Source: Patescibacteria group bacterium (GTDB lineage: Bacteria > Patescibacteriota > Patescibacteriia > UBA9934). From it: a stretch of DNA of 64,000 nt. Location of the stretch: the NCBI GenBank assembly GCA_041666145.1, contig JBAYHK010000001.1, positions 67,810 through 131,809 on the forward strand, given 5' to 3'. Made by a program: the position numbers and the translations under genes. The notes beneath the pieces were generated by a model. The model did no database searches. It saw only the letters and a list, made by a program, of their open reading frames with translations, and was not told the DNA's origin. Shown piece by piece: positions 9,699-18,886 of the stretch (position 1 is the stretch's first letter; every line of letters starts with the position of its first letter).

Positions 9699-9745
9699 AT
9701 ATCTTTACATCCAATTCTTCAACTAAAAAATTTCAGATCAAAACC

Positions 9746-9822
9746 TGGTGACCTCGGCGGGAGTTGAACCTGCAACCTTGTCCTTAGGACGGACCTGCTC
9801 TATCCAGTTGAGCTACGAGGTC
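9746..9822 (-). tRNA. tRNA-Arg (anticodon CCT), with one mismatch each in anticodon and T stems
   Basis: Reverse complement reads GACCTCGTAGCTCAACTGGATAGAGCAGGTCCGTCCTAAGGACAAGGTTGCAGGTTCAACTCCCGCCGAGGTCACCA. Perfect acceptor and D stems. Anticodon loop GTCCTAA. Confidence 0.65.
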
Positions 9823-9925
9823 TTAATCCACGCCTATGTGTCGTAAAATACTTTTACGAAGCGTGCTATACTTATCAAACACGGAAAAAGTATAAACGTG
9901 GAGGACCCCACAGTCAAACAAAAAT

Positions 9926-11041
9926 ATGGACTATTCATCACTTCTCATAATGGCAATCGGCTTTGCCGCAACCATCGGAATATTAATCTGGCTCCAAACT
10001 CGCAAACAAGACGATTCTGGAGTGTCGCAAAATCTTATAGCCGAAATAGCCCGTATTCGTGAAGAATTTCTTCGTGTTTCAACAGAACAGCGCCAAGAAA
10101 CACAACAACGCCTTGATCGCGTTAACGACCAGCTCTACCGAGGCATCGCCGACTCACAAAAAACCATGCAAGATCAATTCAGCCAAACCTCACGCATCAT
10201 CCAAGAGGTAACAACGAAACTAACAACTCTCGATGCAACAAATAAACAGGTCCTTGATTTCTCTTCACAACTAAAAAATCTTCAAGATATTCTCAAGAAT
10301 CCAAAACACCGCGGAATCCTTGGAGAATATTATCTTGAAACACTTTTAAAAAATGCGCTCCCACCAGAGCACTATGCAATGCAATATCGGCTAGGAAAAG
10401 ACGAGGAAGGAAAAGATTTAATTCCAGATGCGGTTGTTTTTGTAAAAGAAAAAATCATTCCGATTGATTCGAAGTTTTCTCTTGAAAATTACAACCGAAT
10501 CACCGAAGAACAGGACGCGACGGAGCGAGGAAGACTTGAGAAGCTCTTCGTAAATGATCTGAAAAATCGAATTGTCGAAACATCAAAATACATTCATCCA
10601 GAAAAAGGAACCATGGACTTTGCATTCATGTTTATCCCTCATGAAGCTATTTATTACGATCTTCTCGTGAATAAAATTGGCGGGTCGCAAGAAGATAACG
10701 AGAACCTTATCCAGCGCGCTGCAAGCAAATATCACGTCATTATCGTCTCTCCAACATCATTTCTTGCGTATCTTCAAACTGTCCTACAGGCCCTACATGC
10801 AATGAAAATCGAGGAACGCGCACAAGACATTATTAAAAATGTCTCAGACCTTGGAAAGCATTTCAGAGCGTACTCCGAATTTCATCTCAAAGTAGGGAAC
10901 AATCTCACCACTGTCGTGAACCAATACAATCTCTCAAGCAATGAACTAAAAAAGTTCACGAAGGATATGATAAAAATAACGAACAGTTCGAGCGACGAAA
11001 TCATCGAAATCGGAATGCTGGAAAAACCACAGATTGAATAG
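9926..11041 (+). CDS. rmuC: DNA recombination protein RmuC
   Basis: N-terminal TM plus coiled coil. Conserved block GILGEYYLETLL...PDAVVFVKEKIIPIDSKFSLENY...FAFMFIPHEAIY is typical of the RmuC family. Confidence 0.8.
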   Translation: MDYSSLLIMAIGFAATIGILIWLQTRKQDDSGVSQNLIAEIARIREEFLRVSTEQRQETQQRLDRVNDQLYRGIADSQKTMQDQFSQTSRIIQEVTTKLTTLDATNKQVLDFSSQLKNLQDILKNPKHRGILGEYYLETLLKNALPPEHYAMQYRLGKDEEGKDLIPDAVVFVKEKIIPIDSKFSLENYNRITEEQDATERGRLEKLFVNDLKNRIVETSKYIHPEKGTMDFAFMFIPHEAIYYDLLVNKIGGSQEDNENLIQRAASKYHVIIVSPTSFLAYLQTVLQALHAMKIEERAQDIIKNVSDLGKHFRAYSEFHLKVGNNLTTVVNQYNLSSNELKKFTKDMIKITNSSSDEIIEIGMLEKPQIE

Positions 11042-11105
11042 TACAACTCAACCAACCCAGACAACACAAAATCGAGCCATGAGCTCGATTTTGTTTATTG
11101 AGAAA

Positions 11106-11381
11106 TTATTTCTTTGCCGCGATTACCTTGTTCAAGGCAATCATTGTGCGCGACTTTACACGAGAAGCCGTATTCGCCTTCACAATTTTCTTCGTAACCG
11201 ACTTATCGATTGCTTGATTCAGCTCGCAAACTAACTTCTGCGCCTCTTCAATGCTTCCAGCTTCTAGAAGCTTTTTGAATGCACGGCGCATGCTGTCGAT
11301 ATGAGCCTTAACATTGGCGTTTCGCACGGCACGAACGTTGCTTTGCTTGAGCGCTTTCTTCGCGTTTTTGAGATTTGGCAT
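11106..11381 (-). CDS. rpsT: 30S ribosomal protein S20
   Basis: MPNLKNAKKALKQSNVRAVRNANVKAH..., 91 aa, basic, S20 signature. Confidence 0.9.
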   Translation of the reverse strand: MPNLKNAKKALKQSNVRAVRNANVKAHIDSMRRAFKKLLEAGSIEEAQKLVCELNQAIDKSVTKKIVKANTASRVKSRTMIALNKVIAAKK

Positions 11382-11410
11382 ATAAGAATGCGCAAATATT
11401 AGCGGAATCT

Positions 11411-12397
11411 TTATGAAGCGTCAAGCAATGCCGCTACAAGACGATCTACTGCGATTTCTGGAGCAACTCCACGCTTCATCCCAACATCTAACTCTGCCGC
11501 AAGCAGATGCCAAGCTTTAATCTTCGCAAAATCATGTCGTTTTGCTTCTGCAAGAATCTTTTGCGCGACGAATGGATGAATTCCAAATTCTGTCGCAATG
11601 TCCTGTTTTCCTGCGTTTGGCCGATCTTCAAGAAGCGCCTTAACCTGCAGTAACAACCGAATCTGCCGAACAAACATGCCAAAAAGAGGGAAGTCTTCTG
11701 CTCCAGCCGATCGCTCCTGCGCCAGCTTTCGCAAAGCAAATTCTGGCCTTCCGCCCGAAACAGAATCAATCATTCCAAAAATGTCCTCAGAATATTCAGA
11801 AACAACGATCATCCGAATCATGTCCTCATCAATCGGAGCGTCCCCTGCATGCGCTGCAAGCTTCGCAATCTCTGTCTCTAACCGCCATGTGTCATTTCCG
11901 ACTCGGTTTATAAGAGAATCAGCAACGTCCGGGACAAGAACGGCCCCGTGCGTCTTTGCCCGCTGCTGCACCCAAGTTCGCAATTCCGATCCTGTAAGCA
12001 TCGAAATGGGATAGAGATGTACGTCTGATAATCCAGAAAGTCGTTTAAACAACTCTATTTTTTCGACTTTCTCCGTTCCCACTACGTCAACAAGAACTAC
12101 AATAGTTGACGAAGGGATCTTCGAAAAAACATTCGCCCACGGCTCTGCGTCTGGTTTTGTTGTTACAAATGAAAAAATTCCGTCGACTCTAACCATCCGC
12201 TTATCGGACAAGAATGGGGAAGCAGTAACAACATCGGCAACATGAGGCAAATCAAGATCATCTTTTTTGCTAAACACAATTTCATCAACGTTCATCCGCG
12301 CTGGATCGTATTTCTCAACAAATTTTGTGACGAATTCTCTTCCGCGCTCTTTCACCCGAAATGCATCGCCGCCATATACAATTAACAACATATTCAT
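11411..12397 (-). CDS. holA: DNA polymerase III delta subunit
   Basis: 328 aa protein of HolA length and motif pattern (LLIVYGGDAFRVKE...), immediately downstream of polA and overlapping its stop. Confidence 0.75.
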   Translation of the reverse strand: MNMLLIVYGGDAFRVKERGREFVTKFVEKYDPARMNVDEIVFSKKDDLDLPHVADVVTASPFLSDKRMVRVDGIFSFVTTKPDAEPWANVFSKIPSSTIVVLVDVVGTEKVEKIELFKRLSGLSDVHLYPISMLTGSELRTWVQQRAKTHGAVLVPDVADSLINRVGNDTWRLETEIAKLAAHAGDAPIDEDMIRMIVVSEYSEDIFGMIDSVSGGRPEFALRKLAQERSAGAEDFPLFGMFVRQIRLLLQVKALLEDRPNAGKQDIATEFGIHPFVAQKILAEAKRHDFAKIKAWHLLAAELDVGMKRGVAPEIAVDRLVAALLDAS

Positions 12398-15051
12398 TCC
12401 ATGTCACCCCAAGATTGTTTACACGCCACGTCAACAGTAAGAGGAACTTCCAGCATCGATGCGAGCTTCATGTGTTCCTTTACTCCAGCAGACAAGGCGT
12501 CTACATCACCGTCTGCCACATCAAAAACTAATTCATCATGCACCTGAGCAATCATCTTTGCATCAAGACTGGTCGAACGAAGCCACACGTCGATAGCAAT
12601 CATCGCTTTCTTGATGACGTCCGCTTGAGTTCCCTGAATTGGCATATTAATCGCCATCCGTTCCGCAGCAGCGACCAACTGCGGCATGCCGGAATTGATA
12701 TCCGGAAGATATCGTCGCCGACCGTATAAAGACGTAACAAATCCCTCCTCATGCGCCTGCAGCTTCATCGCATCCAAATAGATTCGAATCCCCGGATGCG
12801 CAACAAAATATCGATCAATAAAATCCTTTGCCTCTTCAATTCGTACTCCTGCACTCCGTGAAAGTGCTCTGGCTCCAATCCCATAAAGAATCCCGAAATT
12901 AATCGCCTTTGCAGCTTGACGCTGCTCCTTTGTTACTTCTCCCTCTGAAATGTCCCACATTTCCGCCGCAGTACGCTTGTGAATGTCTGCACCATCTTTA
13001 AACGCATCAATAAACGAAATATCTTTCGCAATAGACGCCACAAGTCGAAGCTCAATTTGAGAATAGTCGGCGCTCACCAATTTTCGACCTGACGGAGCAA
13101 TGAATGCTTTTCGTATTTCTCGTCCAAGGTCTGAACGAATGGGAATATTCTGCAAATTCGGGTCAGAAGATGAAAGTCGGCCAGTCGCCGCAATACATTG
13201 ATTAAATCTCGCATGAATCCTGCCGGCCCCATCAACAAGCCTCGGAAGCGTATCTGCATACGTTCCTTTCAACTTCGCAAGTTCACGATACTCAGAAATC
13301 TTTTCAATAATTGGATGGACATCCACGATCTTCTCAAGCTCTGGAGCTGCTGTAGAAAATCCGCTTTTTGTCTTTTTAATCCCCTTTGTTGGAATCCCAA
13401 GATCTTCAAACAAAATCTCCGCAAGCTGCGATGGGGAATTCACATTAAACTCACGGCCCGCATCAATATAAATTGACTTCGTAAGTTCCTGAAGACGATC
13501 GTCAAATTTCTTTGCAAGTGCACCAAGTCGATCACTATCAACCGCGAATCCAGACTCTTCCATTCGAAATAAAACTGGAATCAATGGCATCTCGATCTCT
13601 TCCGAAAGAAGTTTCATGCCCTCCACCTCAATTTTTCGCTCAAGCGTTACCGCTAATGGAAGGAGTGCGCCGATGCGGTCGCCAGCGCTTCCGTCGATAG
13701 GAACATTCGCGCCAAGATACATCTGCACAACATCTTCATACGCAAACTCACGATCGCCAGATGCTAAAAGATACGCAGCAACTAACGTATCAAACATCGG
13801 CACAATTAAAAGATTCTCAATCGCAATATCGGCCTTGGCAAAAACATGAAACATCGACTTTACATCATGCCCAACATAAATCTTTGACGCTGAAAGAAAC
13901 TTCACAATCTTTTCAATGTCACTTTTCGAAGGATCTTTTATTGAAAACGTATTTCTTCCGTCCGTCACCGCAATCGATGCAATCCCACCACCAAAAAGAT
14001 CTTGTGCTTTTGTTTCGATCAATACTCCAACGCGATCAAGCGAAAGGTCACCGAGTGAAGCGTGAGGCAACGAAGCATGACGCTTTGACGTAAATCCAGT
14101 GCCCGTCGATTTCGGCTGAGCCACGCTTCGACTCTCGCGTCTTTCCTCTGGCGACTTTTCATACTTTCTTAACAACGTCTTAAACTCAAAATCTCGCAAC
14201 ATTGGAAGCAGCTCTTCTTCTTTTACTTCTCGAACCTTTGCATCATTAACCAAGAAATCCTTCAACGGCACATCTCGAACCACCGTCACCAGTCGCTTCA
14301 TCTGCGCCGCATTCTTTTCTTGCCCTTCAAATTTTCTTGCAAACTTTTCCAACAGTTCGCCACGCTTTAACGCAGCAAAAATTCCATCGACTGTTTCATG
14401 CTTCAGTAAAAGCTCAAGCGCGGTCTTCTCACCAATCCCAGCAATGCCCGGAAGATTGTCCGACGTATCTCCGACTAATGTTTTGTAATCAATAAGTTGC
14501 GTTGGCAGCAATCCATATCGCTCTTTCACTGCGTCGATGGTGTATCGCTTGGTCACCGAAAGTCCTTTCACGAAAAATACAACCTCTGTGTTCTTTGAAA
14601 CAAGCTGCAGCGAGTCCAAATCCCCGGTCACGATTAACGTCTTCATTCCATTCTTTTCATTCATCGCGCTGATGGTTCCCAAAATATCATCGCCCTCGAA
14701 CCCCGGCACCGATAGTGATGGAATACCGTACGGCTTCAATAATTCTTGAATCATCGGAATCTGGTCATAGAGCTCCTGGGCCTTCTTTTCCCGCGTTGCT
14801 TTGTACGGTTCGTATTCCTCATGCCGAAACGTCCCGCCTGGTAAGTCCCATGCCACAGCCATGAAATCCGGCTTCAATTCCACTCGCATCTTTTCCAAAA
14901 CCATCGCAAATCCATATACCGCATTCACTACTCGTCCATCTGCAGTCGACAGTGGCGGTATGGCATGCCAAGCGCGATGCAAAAGCGCATTTCCGTCTAA
15001 AATAACAAAGATTTTTTGGTCCGTAGACATATGCCGCCATTGTATCGGCAA
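12394..15051 (-). CDS. polA: DNA polymerase I (5'-3' exonuclease + 3'-5' exonuclease-like + polymerase domains)
   Basis: 5' nuclease N-terminus (ILDGNALLHRAWHA). Polymerase motif A (ADYSQIELR), motif B (RRAAKAINFGILYGIGARALS) and motif C (QVHDELVFDV). Confidence 0.95.
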   Translation of the reverse strand: MPIQWRHMSTDQKIFVILDGNALLHRAWHAIPPLSTADGRVVNAVYGFAMVLEKMRVELKPDFMAVAWDLPGGTFRHEEYEPYKATREKKAQELYDQIPMIQELLKPYGIPSLSVPGFEGDDILGTISAMNEKNGMKTLIVTGDLDSLQLVSKNTEVVFFVKGLSVTKRYTIDAVKERYGLLPTQLIDYKTLVGDTSDNLPGIAGIGEKTALELLLKHETVDGIFAALKRGELLEKFARKFEGQEKNAAQMKRLVTVVRDVPLKDFLVNDAKVREVKEEELLPMLRDFEFKTLLRKYEKSPEERRESRSVAQPKSTGTGFTSKRHASLPHASLGDLSLDRVGVLIETKAQDLFGGGIASIAVTDGRNTFSIKDPSKSDIEKIVKFLSASKIYVGHDVKSMFHVFAKADIAIENLLIVPMFDTLVAAYLLASGDREFAYEDVVQMYLGANVPIDGSAGDRIGALLPLAVTLERKIEVEGMKLLSEEIEMPLIPVLFRMEESGFAVDSDRLGALAKKFDDRLQELTKSIYIDAGREFNVNSPSQLAEILFEDLGIPTKGIKKTKSGFSTAAPELEKIVDVHPIIEKISEYRELAKLKGTYADTLPRLVDGAGRIHARFNQCIAATGRLSSSDPNLQNIPIRSDLGREIRKAFIAPSGRKLVSADYSQIELRLVASIAKDISFIDAFKDGADIHKRTAAEMWDISEGEVTKEQRQAAKAINFGILYGIGARALSRSAGVRIEEAKDFIDRYFVAHPGIRIYLDAMKLQAHEEGFVTSLYGRRRYLPDINSGMPQLVAAAERMAINMPIQGTQADVIKKAMIAIDVWLRSTSLDAKMIAQVHDELVFDVADGDVDALSAGVKEHMKLASMLEVPLTVDVACKQSWGDME

Positions 15052-15160
15052 TCGATAGAAAGCGGAACGAGCTTTACAAATCTCTCTCTTTTGCTTATAT
15101 TTACCCGTCGAAAGACAAAACTCAACGACTCAAAAACCACACTTCCGCAGGAGAAACATC

Positions 15161-15772
15161 ATGATCGTACAAAAGTTCGACTACCGTGACCCAAGTTCGA
15201 TTCCTCAAAAGAAAATGTTCATTCACATAGCGTTCGGAGACGCAATTCCACAAATTCTTTTCTACAACAGCCAAAACTCCGAACCCTCGAAACAAGACTT
15301 GACGATGATCGGAAGGGCTTTCTTTCCCTCAGGAACAGAACTCTACGGTCGCGTCCTTACTATCCCCCACGATCCCGCCGAGGGCCGACCGCCGCGACGT
15401 GGCTTGAAAAGCTTCAACGTCATCTGCGTCATTCATCCAAGCGCGATTCACTACGAATTCACGCTCGAAGATGGACGAACCTGTCATCTTCTTCAGGCGA
15501 GTTCTGAGATGTTGGGTAGTATCAACTTCATGGACCTCTGGGGTCCAAGCCCGCAGGATCCGATGGGAGAAGTCGATTTGAGTGGTCTCAATGTGGATGT
15601 TATAGTCATGGCCCATGGCGAAGGAGGCCTCGTGCCAACGGAGAGGTTCAACAACTTCGCGTCCGTCGACAACGTTCGGACGCCAGAACCTAAGGGTCCT
15701 TCGCCCTCCGAACCGCCTCGTGCAAACTGGTTCGCGCGAATGATCGCATGGATCCTCGTCGGGACCGGATAA
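15161..15772 (+). CDS. Hypothetical protein in a GC-elevated ~0.7 kb segment; coding strand uncertain (a competing 180 aa ORF lies on the minus strand, 15329..15871)
   Basis: Overlapping long ORFs on both strands. Composition differs from neighbours. No recognisable motifs. Confidence 0.3.
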   Translation: MIVQKFDYRDPSSIPQKKMFIHIAFGDAIPQILFYNSQNSEPSKQDLTMIGRAFFPSGTELYGRVLTIPHDPAEGRPPRRGLKSFNVICVIHPSAIHYEFTLEDGRTCHLLQASSEMLGSINFMDLWGPSPQDPMGEVDLSGLNVDVIVMAHGEGGLVPTERFNNFASVDNVRTPEPKGPSPSEPPRANWFARMIAWILVGTG

Positions 15773-15980
15773 CAACTCGAGCGTGTTCGGCAAGGAACAG
15801 AAAAGAGCGCCCCGGCGCCATTCTGCTCCTGCCGGATGCGCTCTTTTCTTTTGAGCTGATTCACTTCTCATTTCCCAAAAAAACTGCTAAACTCTCCCGG
15901 AAAAGAAAGTCGGTGCCGTGTGGCAAAAGGTATTAAGTTTGGTTAGCGACTACGAGGCTAACCAAACTTGGATACCTTTT

Positions 15981-16057
15981 GCCCTGGTAGCTCAGTTGGA
16001 TAGAGCAGGGGACTTCTAGGCCCAAGGTCAGTGGTTCGATTCCACTCCAGGGCACCA
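15981..16057 (+). tRNA. tRNA-Arg (anticodon TCT) with a defective anticodon stem (only 3 Watson-Crick pairs); possibly a pseudo-tRNA
   Basis: GCCCTGGTAGCTCAGTTGGATAGAGCAGGGGACTTCTAGGCCCAAGGTCAGTGGTTCGATTCCACTCCAGGGCACCA. Perfect acceptor, D and T arms. Anticodon arm GGGGA/CTTCTAG/GCCCA has mismatched terminal pairs. Confidence 0.6.
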
Positions 16058-16104
16058 GACTTTCTACACAAACAAAAAACCTCCCGAATAGGGAGATTTT
16101 TTAA

Positions 16105-16179
16105 TGGGGCGACTAACGGGGATCGAACCCGTGTAGCCGGGACCACAACCCGGTGCTCTACCATTGAGCTATAGCCGCC
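16105..16179 (-). tRNA. tRNA-His (anticodon GTG) with encoded G-1
   Basis: Reverse complement reads G-GCGGCTATAGCTCAATGGTAGAGCACCGGGTTGTGGTCCCGGCTACACGGGTTCGATCCCCGTTAGTCGCCCCA. Extra 5' G pairs with discriminator C. Terminator hairpin aaaaacctcccgaatagggagatttttt lies between this and the convergent tRNA-Arg. Confidence 0.85.
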
Positions 16180-16224
16180 ACAATCGTCGAACGAACGGCA
16201 AAATACCACGAACAATACACTCAA

Positions 16225-17199
16225 TCAAGCTTTTGTAGCTCCTTTGTCATGAAACTTCTGATGAACTCTCTTCAATTCTTTATCCGTAACATGCGTATAA
16301 ACCTGTGTCGTAGTAATCGACTCATGGCCAAGGAGCGACTGGACAGAGCGAATATCGGCGCCATTTCGGAGAAGATCGGTAGCAAAAGTGTGACGAAGGG
16401 TATGAGGGGTGACAGGTTTCGTAATGCCGGCAAGTCGCGCGTAGCGGTCAACAATACGCTGCACCGATCGAGGAGTAAGCGGAGCCGCTTCTGGTGCCTG
16501 ATTCTTTGCTCGATCGTGACGAACAAAAAGAAACTGCGAAACGTCATGACGGTGATCGATATAAGCTTTCAGGGCTCGCTTCGCTGCGTCGGAAACAAAA
16601 ACAATTCTGTGCTTGCTTCCTTTTCCTTTGATTGTGAATTCATCACGTTTTAAGTTCACTTGTTCTATCAGAAGCCCTGCACATTCAGAAACACGAAGAC
16701 CCGTTGAAAACAAAAGTTCAAGGATCGCCTTGTCGCGCAGTCCAACGATCGTTTCATCTTCACTCGGCCCAGACAAGAATCGAGCAAGCTCTTCTGGTTC
16801 AAGAAACATCACGTGACGTGATCCTTGTTTTGCGAGTTCGATTTTATCTGCAGAAAGCGTCTTTATGTCTCGTTTTGCAAGATATTTCAAGAATGCTCGA
16901 AGAGCGATGAGATGATAGTTCTGTGTGTTTTTCTGCAGCGACTCTTCATCTCTTCCCGCGATTTCGCGATTCAAATACAGCCGATACTTTCGAACCATCT
17001 CTAGTGTTATTTCTCCCGGATTTGGGTCTTTTGCCCAAGTAGCAAATCGATCGAGATAGAAATGATAGTTCCGCGTGGTTTTTTCACTCCTTCCGCGCTC
17101 AATCTCAAGATACTCACAAAATTCCTTCATTAACGTTCGCATTCCCTTTGCCATATTCTCTATTGTACCGCTTTTGCGACACAAAGTAGACGAAGCCAT
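16225..17199 (-). CDS. Tyrosine site-specific recombinase, XerC/XerD family (probable start at internal Met near 17154)
   Basis: N-terminal SAM-like core-binding domain (FCEYLEIERGRSEKTTRNYHFYLDRF). C-terminal catalytic motifs HTLRHTFATDLL and LLGHESITTTQVYTHV. Confidence 0.85.
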   Translation of the reverse strand: MASSTLCRKSGTIENMAKGMRTLMKEFCEYLEIERGRSEKTTRNYHFYLDRFATWAKDPNPGEITLEMVRKYRLYLNREIAGRDEESLQKNTQNYHLIALRAFLKYLAKRDIKTLSADKIELAKQGSRHVMFLEPEELARFLSGPSEDETIVGLRDKAILELLFSTGLRVSECAGLLIEQVNLKRDEFTIKGKGSKHRIVFVSDAAKRALKAYIDHRHDVSQFLFVRHDRAKNQAPEAAPLTPRSVQRIVDRYARLAGITKPVTPHTLRHTFATDLLRNGADIRSVQSLLGHESITTTQVYTHVTDKELKRVHQKFHDKGATKA

Positions 17200-17280
17200 T
17201 GATCAATATAGGCATTTTGTGCTAATCTCATCCGTCCTCATGACTCCAACATACAACACGAACAGAGAAAGGAAGGAACA

Positions 17281-17685
17281 TTGGGAGAAAAGACCATTGT
17301 CACCCATGAGCTTTATAAAGAAAGGCGCGTGGCTATCTTTTCCGGCGTAAAGCTCAACAACCACAACGGAATAGTCAGAATAGGAATACAAAGAGTCACT
17401 CAAGACAAACTCTGTGGCATAAGAATACTCGCCCCGGGCTGCAGCAAGGAACATGACATCGCCTTCGAAAAAGTAAGAATTGATCGCGGACTAATCGACG
17501 GAAGGTGCCACTTCGACCTAACCGGAGCCAAAAACCTCGATGACCCATACACCTGGGCGATTAACTTCATTGGAACGCTTGTCTTCTGTATAAAAGATGG
17601 TGAAATAGCAGCAAAATTCACTATCTTTAGAACAGAGTTCTGGCTTAAAAGTCCAGAATTTGAAGAGTTCTTGGCCCGGACCTGA
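17281..17685 (+). CDS. Hypothetical protein
   Basis: 134 aa ORF between the integrase and the toxin-antitoxin pair. No motif recognised. Confidence 0.4.
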   Translation: MGEKTIVTHELYKERRVAIFSGVKLNNHNGIVRIGIQRVTQDKLCGIRILAPGCSKEHDIAFEKVRIDRGLIDGRCHFDLTGAKNLDDPYTWAINFIGTLVFCIKDGEIAAKFTIFRTEFWLKSPEFEEFLART

Positions 17686-17792
17686 TCCTGTGACAAGCGA
17701 GGAAGTGCGGGGAAATAAAATCCACCGTCACAACGCAACGCGTCCAACTGCAGAAGCTACTACGGCTTCACGGTCTGGGCGCGTTTCTGTTT

Positions 17793-18128
17793 TTAAGAAA
17801 GGTCTGACATTCCGAAAATTTGATGGAGATTTTGATGAATTGTTTTACGATATTGATCTTCGACAGTTCCGATTCGACCGATGGCACAGCGAGTATCAAG
17901 TGTAGAAAGTTTTGAAAGGCAGAGAACGGAATCTACTCGTAAGCCGTTTTCTTCAGACTTCAGAATGCTCACATCAAACTCGCCAATCTTTTTCACCTTC
18001 GACGTCAAAAATGCCACCACCATGTCTCCCTGTTTTTCGTCAACGAATAAGACGAGCGCCGGTCGAACTTTCTGGCCAGAAAGATCGGAAAAGGGAAATG
18101 GAGTCAGTACAATGTCCCACCTAAACAT
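17793..18128 (-). CDS. Type II toxin, PemK/MazF-family mRNA interferase
   Basis: Characteristic PemK-like segment VRPALVLFVDEKQGDMVVAFLTSKV. 111 aa. Start overlaps the stop of the upstream antitoxin. Confidence 0.75.
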   Translation of the reverse strand: MFRWDIVLTPFPFSDLSGQKVRPALVLFVDEKQGDMVVAFLTSKVKKIGEFDVSILKSEENGLRVDSVLCLSKLSTLDTRCAIGRIGTVEDQYRKTIHQNLHQIFGMSDLS

Positions 18129-18372
18129 AAGCCTCTTTTACATCGTCACGCGAATACAGGTCTGGTTCGTCCTTAAGAAAGTCGAAACTCGACGAATTCG
18201 CGTTAATATTTGTAATATCGCTCAAAGATTTATTGTAATGTTCCGGGAATCTGATAATGATCGCATCGTGATGACTGTGCCTGCCAACAACAAAGACTTC
18301 GTTTTCATGCCTAACCTCGTCAATGATCTGTTTAATATTTTTTCGAGCAACTGTTGTGCTGACAACTTTCAT
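18121..18372 (-). CDS. Type II antitoxin, Phd/YefM family
   Basis: MKVVSTTVARKNIKQIIDEVRHENEVFVVGRHSHHDAIII is the canonical Phd/YefM N-terminus. 83 aa. Translationally coupled to the downstream toxin. Confidence 0.75.
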   Translation of the reverse strand: MKVVSTTVARKNIKQIIDEVRHENEVFVVGRHSHHDAIIIRFPEHYNKSLSDITNINANSSSFDFLKDEPDLYSRDDVKEAYV

Positions 18373-18373
18373 A

Positions 18374-18388
18374 TGTACAAAATGTACA
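18374..18388. promoter_or_regulatory. Tandem TGTACA motifs abutting the antitoxin start codon; candidate YefM-type operator
   Basis: Sequence TGTACAaaaTGTACA. TGTACA hexamers form the core of the E. coli yefM-yoeB operator palindromes. Confidence 0.4.
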
Positions 18389-18523
18389 AAAGAATGAAAC
18401 CAATGTCAAATCCTTGCGCCTTTTCCATTTTTCCGCTACCCTTAGCCGCGTCAATCATATCGTTCGCCTAGGTTTGAGGATTGAGCTCCTCGTTCTCAGA
18501 CGATCGAATAACTTTTCACTACT

Positions 18524-18790
18524 ATGCTCGACAAGTCAGCGAAGGAAAAACTTATCAAGAAGTTCCGCACTCATGACTCAGACACTGGATCGCCACAGGT
18601 ACAGATCGCGATTCTCAGTGCTGAAGTGAAGGAGCTTACCAAGCACTTAAAGACTCACCGCAAGGACTTTAGTTCCCGCCGCGGCTTGGTCAAGAAAGTT
18701 GCAGAGCGCCGTCGTTTGCTCAAGTATCTCGAGCGTGAAAACGCCGTAGCGTACGCAGAGCTCATTGAAGCGCTTGGATTGAAGAAGTAA
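18524..18790 (+). CDS. rpsO: 30S ribosomal protein S15
   Basis: HDSDTGSPQVQIAILSAEVKELTKHLKTHRKDFSSRRGLVKKVAERRRLLKYL is the S15 signature. Confidence 0.95.
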   Translation: MLDKSAKEKLIKKFRTHDSDTGSPQVQIAILSAEVKELTKHLKTHRKDFSSRRGLVKKVAERRRLLKYLERENAVAYAELIEALGLKK

Positions 18791-18886
18791 CATTTTCCCC
18801 GTGCCGATGGCGTCGTGATACGATGTTCAGCGGCACGGGTTTTCAGTAACATTCACCATTTTTTATTATCTTTTTGCCAATTTTTT

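Noticed and set aside
9365-9700. 111 aa minus-strand ORF
   Set aside because: Overlaps tRNA-Ala and two parS palindromes. The region is clearly non-coding.
15958-16224. 88 aa minus-strand ORF
   Set aside because: Completely overlaps two tRNA genes and the terminator between them.
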